Source of the DNA: a virus
Taxonomy: Duplodnaviria > Caudoviricetes
IMG/VR virus record: IMGVR_UViG_3300037511_000194
Location: 1-37,233 of that record
Length of the DNA stretch: 37,233 bases
Strand: one strand, 5' to 3'
Below the pieces are notes generated by a model. The model did not search any database and was not told the origin of the DNA. It saw only the letters and a program-made list of their open reading frames with translations. This document shows positions 32,934 through 37,233 of this stretch, piece after piece. The translations under genes were made by a program, and so were the position numbers. Each line of letters begins with the position of its first letter. The first letter of the stretch is position 1.

Positions 32934-33035
32934 GAGTAACCCCCGGTGTACGTGAGTGGAGGTCCGCCCCGCCCCAGCCCCGGCAAAGAGGCGGAAGTCG
33001 GCTCACGTACACACGGGGGTCGATGGACACTCGTG
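32931..33035 (-). promoter_or_regulatory. Long imperfect hairpin sequestering RBS and start codon
   Basis: Nested pairings CACGAGT/ACTCGTG, ACCCCCG/CGGGGGT, GTGTACGTGAG/CTCACGTACAC, TCCGCC/GGCGGA. Confidence 0.6.
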
Positions 33036-33132
33036 CGCTGTGCCGGGGGCTTGTTTCAATCCGCGCCTCCCAACGCGGGCGACTCTTAGGCCGCGACGAA
33101 CAATCTACATGCGCCAGACTTCGGCGCAACCC

Positions 33133-33933
33133 TCACCTTAGCGCAGTTGCACGCGGGTCAAGGTCCAGCGGCACGTCCTCGCGCAGTTGGGCCAGCGTGA
33201 GGTTGAGGTACGCCCGCTCCCGCCCGTTCACCAGCCATTCGCGTTCGCAGTCCTTCAGGGTTGCGCCGGGCAGTGCGTCGTACAGCCCGTCCAGCGAGCC
33301 ATGCGCGGACACAAGCTCTGCCGCGCGCCTGTCCGTGAAACCGTAGAAACGCGCCCCAGCCTTCGTCTGACGCTGCGCGCCGAGCCGGGGTATGTCATCC
33401 CCCTTGTCGCCCGCGATGGCCTTCAGCGACGTAATCTGGTGCGGCCAGACGCCCATGCGTGCGTGCGTCCCGGTCGCGTCAACGGCTGTCTCGCCCCCGT
33501 TCTCCGGCCAGAGAATCGTTGCCCGGTCCGCGCATTGGAGCAGGTCTGAATCGCGCGTCAGGATCATGATGCCTGTCCCTCTAGCCGCGCAGCGTGCGGC
33601 GAGCGTCGCCAGCACGTCATCCGCCTCAAATCCGCTTACTCCCGCGTGGCAGATTCCCACGCTGTCCAAGAGCGGCACGAGCGCGTCCGTCATCTCCGCC
33701 GTGGAAGGTCCGCGCGTCACTCTTGACGCCTTGTACACCGGGTCCATCAGCCGTCGCCACGTCGGTTCGGGACGGTCCAGCGCTACCACGAGGTGCGAGG
33801 GGCGCCAGCGGAGCAGCGCCTTGCGGATCATCCCCAGCGCGACAGCGGCGGCTCCGGCGGCATCCGCGCACTGCGCCCCGTGAAACGCCCGGTGCAGCGT
33901 GTTGGACCCGTCCACCGCCAGTAGCATTCTCAT
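33133..33933 (-). CDS. 5'-3' exonuclease (PolI N-terminal/FEN family)
   Basis: LLAVDGSN..HRAFH, VALD...TWR...YKASR, FEADDVLATLA, TRDSDLLQ, AIAGDKGDDIP. Confidence 0.92.
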   Translation of the reverse strand: MRMLLAVDGSNTLHRAFHGAQCADAAGAAAVALGMIRKALLRWRPSHLVVALDRPEPTWRRLMDPVYKASRVTRGPSTAEMTDALVPLLDSVGICHAGVSGFEADDVLATLAARCAARGTGIMILTRDSDLLQCADRATILWPENGGETAVDATGTHARMGVWPHQITSLKAIAGDKGDDIPRLGAQRQTKAGARFYGFTDRRAAELVSAHGSLDGLYDALPGATLKDCEREWLVNGRERAYLNLTLAQLREDVPLDLDPRATALR

Positions 33934-34463
33934 AGCCGCGCCTGTCCGTTCAGCAGGTAGGTTTCGGCTTTGATCTGCTCCAACTTCAACTTGATGTACT
34001 CGCTGCGGCGCTTCCACGCTTCAAGGCGGTCGTATATCTTGCCGATCTGCTTACCCAACTCGCGCGCGCGCCTTCTCTCGTCAATCGATTCCTGCACGAA
34101 CTTGCGATAGCGCGGATGGGCATGGGCGATGTCCTCTGCGCGCCCGTCCGTCAACTCAATCTTTACCTGATTGCCCTTGCTGTCCTCCCTGAACTGCGGA
34201 GAACGGTTGTATAGCTCTCGCGCTTCCTCTTTCAACTCAGAGAGCAATAGGCTGCGCTCCACATCCCACATGGAAGGAGAGCGGCCCCTGGAAGCGAAGC
34301 GGTCGTCTATCGCGCCCTTCTCCGCGCGGAGCGGAGAGAGCTTTTGCCGCAGCCCGAAGAACTTTTGCGGCAGGTCCTCCATCTCGCGCAGCAACCCGTC
34401 CACGTCGTAGCCGGTTTCGTGGGCGACGAACGCGGTCGTGCGGCCGGGATCGTTCTGGTTCAT
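33930..34463 (-). CDS. Hypothetical coiled-coil protein
   Basis: Coupled start and stop; charged helical sequence. Confidence 0.65.
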   Translation of the reverse strand: MNQNDPGRTTAFVAHETGYDVDGLLREMEDLPQKFFGLRQKLSPLRAEKGAIDDRFASRGRSPSMWDVERSLLLSELKEEARELYNRSPQFREDSKGNQVKIELTDGRAEDIAHAHPRYRKFVQESIDERRRARELGKQIGKIYDRLEAWKRRSEYIKLKLEQIKAETYLLNGQARL

Positions 34464-34591
34464 CTGCTCACCAGCAGTCCAGCCACAGCCACCAAGCCCT
34501 GCTCCGTGACGATGCCGACGAAAGCGGGCTGGGCCTGTTCCAGGTAGATGCGGACGACTCCGTTCTCTACTCGGATGCGGTAGATCGGCAT
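34460..34591 (-). CDS. Small hypothetical protein
   Basis: ATG 34591; MPIYRIRVENGVVRIYLEQ... Confidence 0.4.
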   Translation of the reverse strand: MPIYRIRVENGVVRIYLEQAQPAFVGIVTEQGLVAVAGLLVSR

Positions 34592-34598
34592 GACTAAT

Positions 34599-35390
34599 TC
34601 ACGCAGCAAGGGTAGAAAGCAGGTCGCCTTGCAGGGGCGGTTCGTCGGAACGGTGCCAGATGGCTTCTCGCGAAATGCCAGAGCGATTCTTGCCCTGTGC
34701 GCCGGGGGTGTCGCGGAATGGGGCAAATGGTAGCCACGTCGCGCCCACGTTTTCACAAACGATGGCCTGACCGCGACGGTTCCTGCACCACGAGGCCAAA
34801 TCCGAGTAGTCTATCCCAGCGGCGCCAAACGTGTAGAAGTTGCCCGCCCCGTTACTGTACGGCGGATCAACAAACCAATCCGCACGCCAGTTGGGGAGGG
34901 CGGCGTAAGTACCCTCACACACCCTCCAATGGCGTATCCACCGTAGCTGGCTTACGATGCGGGCCCGGCGTCGTTCCGACCAGAACTTACCCTCGTATCG
35001 AGCGCTGAACTCCGGATCGCCGCCGTCGCGGTGGTATTTCTTCCACCATGCACGCGGGCGCTTGGCTGGTTCGGCGTCGGCAATGGCGATGTTGAAGCCC
35101 ACGAGCCACTTAGCCTCCTGTGGCACAGCGCCAAGGTCGTCAGGACCTTCGTCGGGCCCGAGCAAGCGCAGGCGCGCGATTTCACTTTCCGGAGCACGGA
35201 TCAGGTAATCCCACGCGCCGCATACGCGCGGGTTGGCGTCGCACAGCAGGACTTTAAGATGCGGGTAGCAGCAAGGGTAAGCGGCCGATCCTGCGAACGC
35301 GTCCACGATCTGCCGGGTGACTGGAGGCGGATAACGGGGCGCGATCCTGTGCTTGGCCCCATAGTAGCTGAAGAACGGACGCAGCCTCAC
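34599..35390 (-). CDS. DNA adenine methyltransferase (Dam/D12-like)
   Basis: FFSYYGAK, DAFAGSA (SAM binding) and FVDPPY (catalytic); GTG 35390 with GGAGG RBS. Confidence 0.88.
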   Translation of the reverse strand: MRLRPFFSYYGAKHRIAPRYPPPVTRQIVDAFAGSAAYPCCYPHLKVLLCDANPRVCGAWDYLIRAPESEIARLRLLGPDEGPDDLGAVPQEAKWLVGFNIAIADAEPAKRPRAWWKKYHRDGGDPEFSARYEGKFWSERRRARIVSQLRWIRHWRVCEGTYAALPNWRADWFVDPPYSNGAGNFYTFGAAGIDYSDLASWCRNRRGQAIVCENVGATWLPFAPFRDTPGAQGKNRSGISREAIWHRSDEPPLQGDLLSTLAA

Positions 35391-35668
35391 GTGTAGTCCT
35401 CCACCTCTGCCGCCCTCGACAGCGCGCACAGCGGGCAGCAAAGGTCTCCGTCTGCCACTACTTCCCAGCCTTGGGCGACGGCCTGCTCTACTCCCCGCTC
35501 TCCTGTTTCTACCTCAATCAGGGCAGTGCAGAAAGCACACTCAGTAAGGACGGTGGCAGAATCGTCGGTGGGAATGCCGGAGCGCGCTGAAGTGAAAACG
35601 CGGCGGCAATCGCACGCGGGATCGTCGCACAAACCGCTTATACGGGAAGGGCGGGCATCAGGCATCAT
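35387..35668 (-). CDS. Cys-rich zinc-binding hypothetical protein
   Basis: CDDPACDC, ECAFC, GW....CCPLC. Confidence 0.55.
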   Translation of the reverse strand: MMPDARPSRISGLCDDPACDCRRVFTSARSGIPTDDSATVLTECAFCTALIEVETGERGVEQAVAQGWEVVADGDLCCPLCALSRAAEVEDYT

Positions 35669-35873
35669 AGACCTGCATCGCCGCGGTGACTTCCTTAATC
35701 GCTACGCCGGTCACGCTGCTCCATTCGCGGGCATCTGTTTCCGTTATCTCGCCGCGCTCCGCCCGAAGCAGAACTTGCTCTAAAAGAAGTGAAACTGCTA
35801 CTTCCAAGATCGCTCCGGTCTCCGCAGCGCTCATCCCGAAACGTTCCATCACGGGCGTCTTTCGGTCAGGCAT
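35658..35873 (-). CDS. Hypothetical protein
   Basis: ATG 35873; MPDRKTPVMERFGMS... Confidence 0.5.
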   Translation of the reverse strand: MPDRKTPVMERFGMSAAETGAILEVAVSLLLEQVLLRAERGEITETDAREWSSVTGVAIKEVTAAMQVYDA

Positions 35874-36273
35874 CGGCGTAGTGCAGCACTCCTTCCTCTG
35901 CCAGACAGCGGAGACACGGAGCGCCGGAGTTGCGGTCCTCCATCGGCTGGCTGTGTCGCAGTGATGCGCACCACGATATACCGCCGATGGCGCGGGGATC
36001 GTCGCGGGCAACGAACATCGAACACTCCTGCCCTCTGCCGTTCGGTCGCTCCACGATCAATTCATCCAGTAGCGCCTTGAGCGTTGGCCCATGCACGTCG
36101 AACCCGGGGTAGAGTTCCATCATCCCTTCGGCGTGTTGATCGTAATTGTGGGCGAGGTGGAGCATCCACACGGAGCACTGTTTCTTGTCGTCTGGATCGC
36201 GGTTGTGGATGCAGCGTTCGCACCAAAGCTCAAAGAAACCTTCGCCTTCAGTGCCGTTGCTGAAGTAACCCAT
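35866..36273 (-). CDS. Phage hypothetical protein (MGYFSNGTEG...WCERC type)
   Basis: GGAGG RBS; TAATG coupling; Cys motifs. Confidence 0.65.
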   Translation of the reverse strand: MGYFSNGTEGEGFFELWCERCIHNRDPDDKKQCSVWMLHLAHNYDQHAEGMMELYPGFDVHGPTLKALLDELIVERPNGRGQECSMFVARDDPRAIGGISWCASLRHSQPMEDRNSGAPCLRCLAEEGVLHYADA

Positions 36274-36590
36274 TAGCCGTCCTCCGGTGTGCGGTCAAGC
36301 CAGAGCGTGAGGCGGTCACGTAGCGCCGTCACCTGTTCACGATCCAGTAGTAGGTCTACCGCTGGATCGCCGTCGTCCGTGGCGGACATGCTGAAGCGAA
36401 GGTAATCCACTAGACCGCCATCGGTGCCGCAGTGTGCTGGAATCCCTGCTATCTCCAGCCACCCGCCGCGCTCGCCTTTAGGGGTCGGCAACACATGCGA
36501 TCCCCTGTAGAAGTACGGGGCGCCTAGGTTCCCTGCCGTTTCGTCGTCCATGTCCCCGTCGATGGAAAGCCATGTCGCGAACAGGCTCAT
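36273..36590 (-). CDS. Hypothetical protein
   Basis: APYFYRGSHVLP and LLLDREQVTALRDRLTLWL motifs; coupled. Confidence 0.65.
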   Translation of the reverse strand: MSLFATWLSIDGDMDDETAGNLGAPYFYRGSHVLPTPKGERGGWLEIAGIPAHCGTDGGLVDYLRFSMSATDDGDPAVDLLLDREQVTALRDRLTLWLDRTPEDG

Positions 36591-36760
36591 TTGCTCACCT
36601 TGGGCTTAAGCTTCTTCTCTCCTACCTGCTGCCACGCAACGTCTCCGAACATCTCGTAATGGGGCCTGCACCAGCCGTCTATCTGCGCAGGTCTGTCACA
36701 GGCTCCGCACTGGCCCTTGCCAGGCAGGACGACGGTGTTCAGGTGAGGTTTGCGTGGCAT
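36587..36760 (-). CDS. Small Cys/His zinc-binding protein
   Basis: CGACDRPAQIDGWCRPHY; start uncertain. Confidence 0.45.
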   Translation of the reverse strand: MPRKPHLNTVVLPGKGQCGACDRPAQIDGWCRPHYEMFGDVAWQQVGEKKLKPKVSK

Positions 36761-36871
36761 AGGCGCTCGCTGGGTTGTAAGTGCGGCCGCAGGTTTCGCA
36801 TCGGCCAGAACAGGGATTCCACCGGCGGTGCCGCAGGTCGCATACGCATCGGAGTGGCGGCTCAACGTGGT

Positions 36872-37117
36872 TCACTGTGCCTCACCGGGTGCTGGGGCGT
36901 TCATGGCGAGCGCGTGGGCACGATCAGCGACCGAAGATGCAGCAACAAATCCAAAGCCGTGCCCTTCGTCGCTCGCGCTGACGGCTTCGGCGCAGAGGTG
37001 GCGTTGGCCTCTGGCGTGCTCCTTGAACTCCGCAATCAACCTCCACGTCGCATCTTCATCGGGATGTTCGCGTGTGTACCCGACGAACCATTCCGCTCGC
37101 TCTCTTGCGCTTTTCAT
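36872..37117 (-). CDS. Hypothetical protein
   Basis: GGAG RBS; QRHLCAEAV motif. Confidence 0.5.
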   Translation of the reverse strand: MKSARERAEWFVGYTREHPDEDATWRLIAEFKEHARGQRHLCAEAVSASDEGHGFGFVAASSVADRAHALAMNAPAPGEAQ

Positions 37118-37233
37118 GGCTTCGGTTCTCCGGGATAGGCTGTCTCCGCCACAGCAGCTACAGCCTCGTCGCGAGGGATGAACATGGTGGAGTCGCGCTG
37201 GATCGTCGCGAACGGCCTGCTGGATAGCGCCAG

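Noticed and set aside
36761-36871. Short direct repeat CCGATGCG...ACCTGCGGC (two copies)
   Set aside because: Only two short GC-rich copies, possibly coding; insufficient support for a function
1-37233. CRISPR array, integrase/att site, IS element, alternative genetic code
   Set aside because: No regularly spaced repeats and no recombinase or transposase motifs seen; TAG, TGA and TAA all terminate well-supported genes. The terS HTH resembles transposase HTHs but lacks a catalytic partner and sits before terL

Overview
This window is 37 kb of a GC-rich tailed dsDNA phage or prophage with siphovirus-like gene order, encoded almost entirely on the minus strand. Read right to left it carries: (1) early and replication genes (Dam-like methyltransferase, 5'-3' exonuclease, replication initiator, DnaC-like loader, XRE regulator with duplicated promoters); (2) TerS, TerL and portal; (3) a ~4.5 kb accessory island with an HslV/Ntn-hydrolase and a divergent plus-strand operon encoding a GNAT and an RMF-like protein; (4) a MuF-like head protein, then a separately promoted tRNA/structured-RNA island; (5) scaffold, decoration protein, major capsid, head-tail and tail genes, including a -1 frameshift chaperone, tape measure, tail tip and fiber; (6) three membrane proteins and a truncated TPR gene. 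No integrase or endolysin was recognised. The most unusual element is a pair of homologous orphan RiPP-type precursor genes inserted in the morphogenesis region. Both have a pinensin-like KLxLDLDxLxVESF leader and a 12-14 Cys Thr/Gly-rich core, no modifying enzyme is visible in the window, and one copy is split by a single-base frameshift. These genes and the TPR gene suggest a Gemmatimonadota (Longimicrobium-like) host, which is inference only. All calls were made by eye from motifs and synteny; no searches were run.
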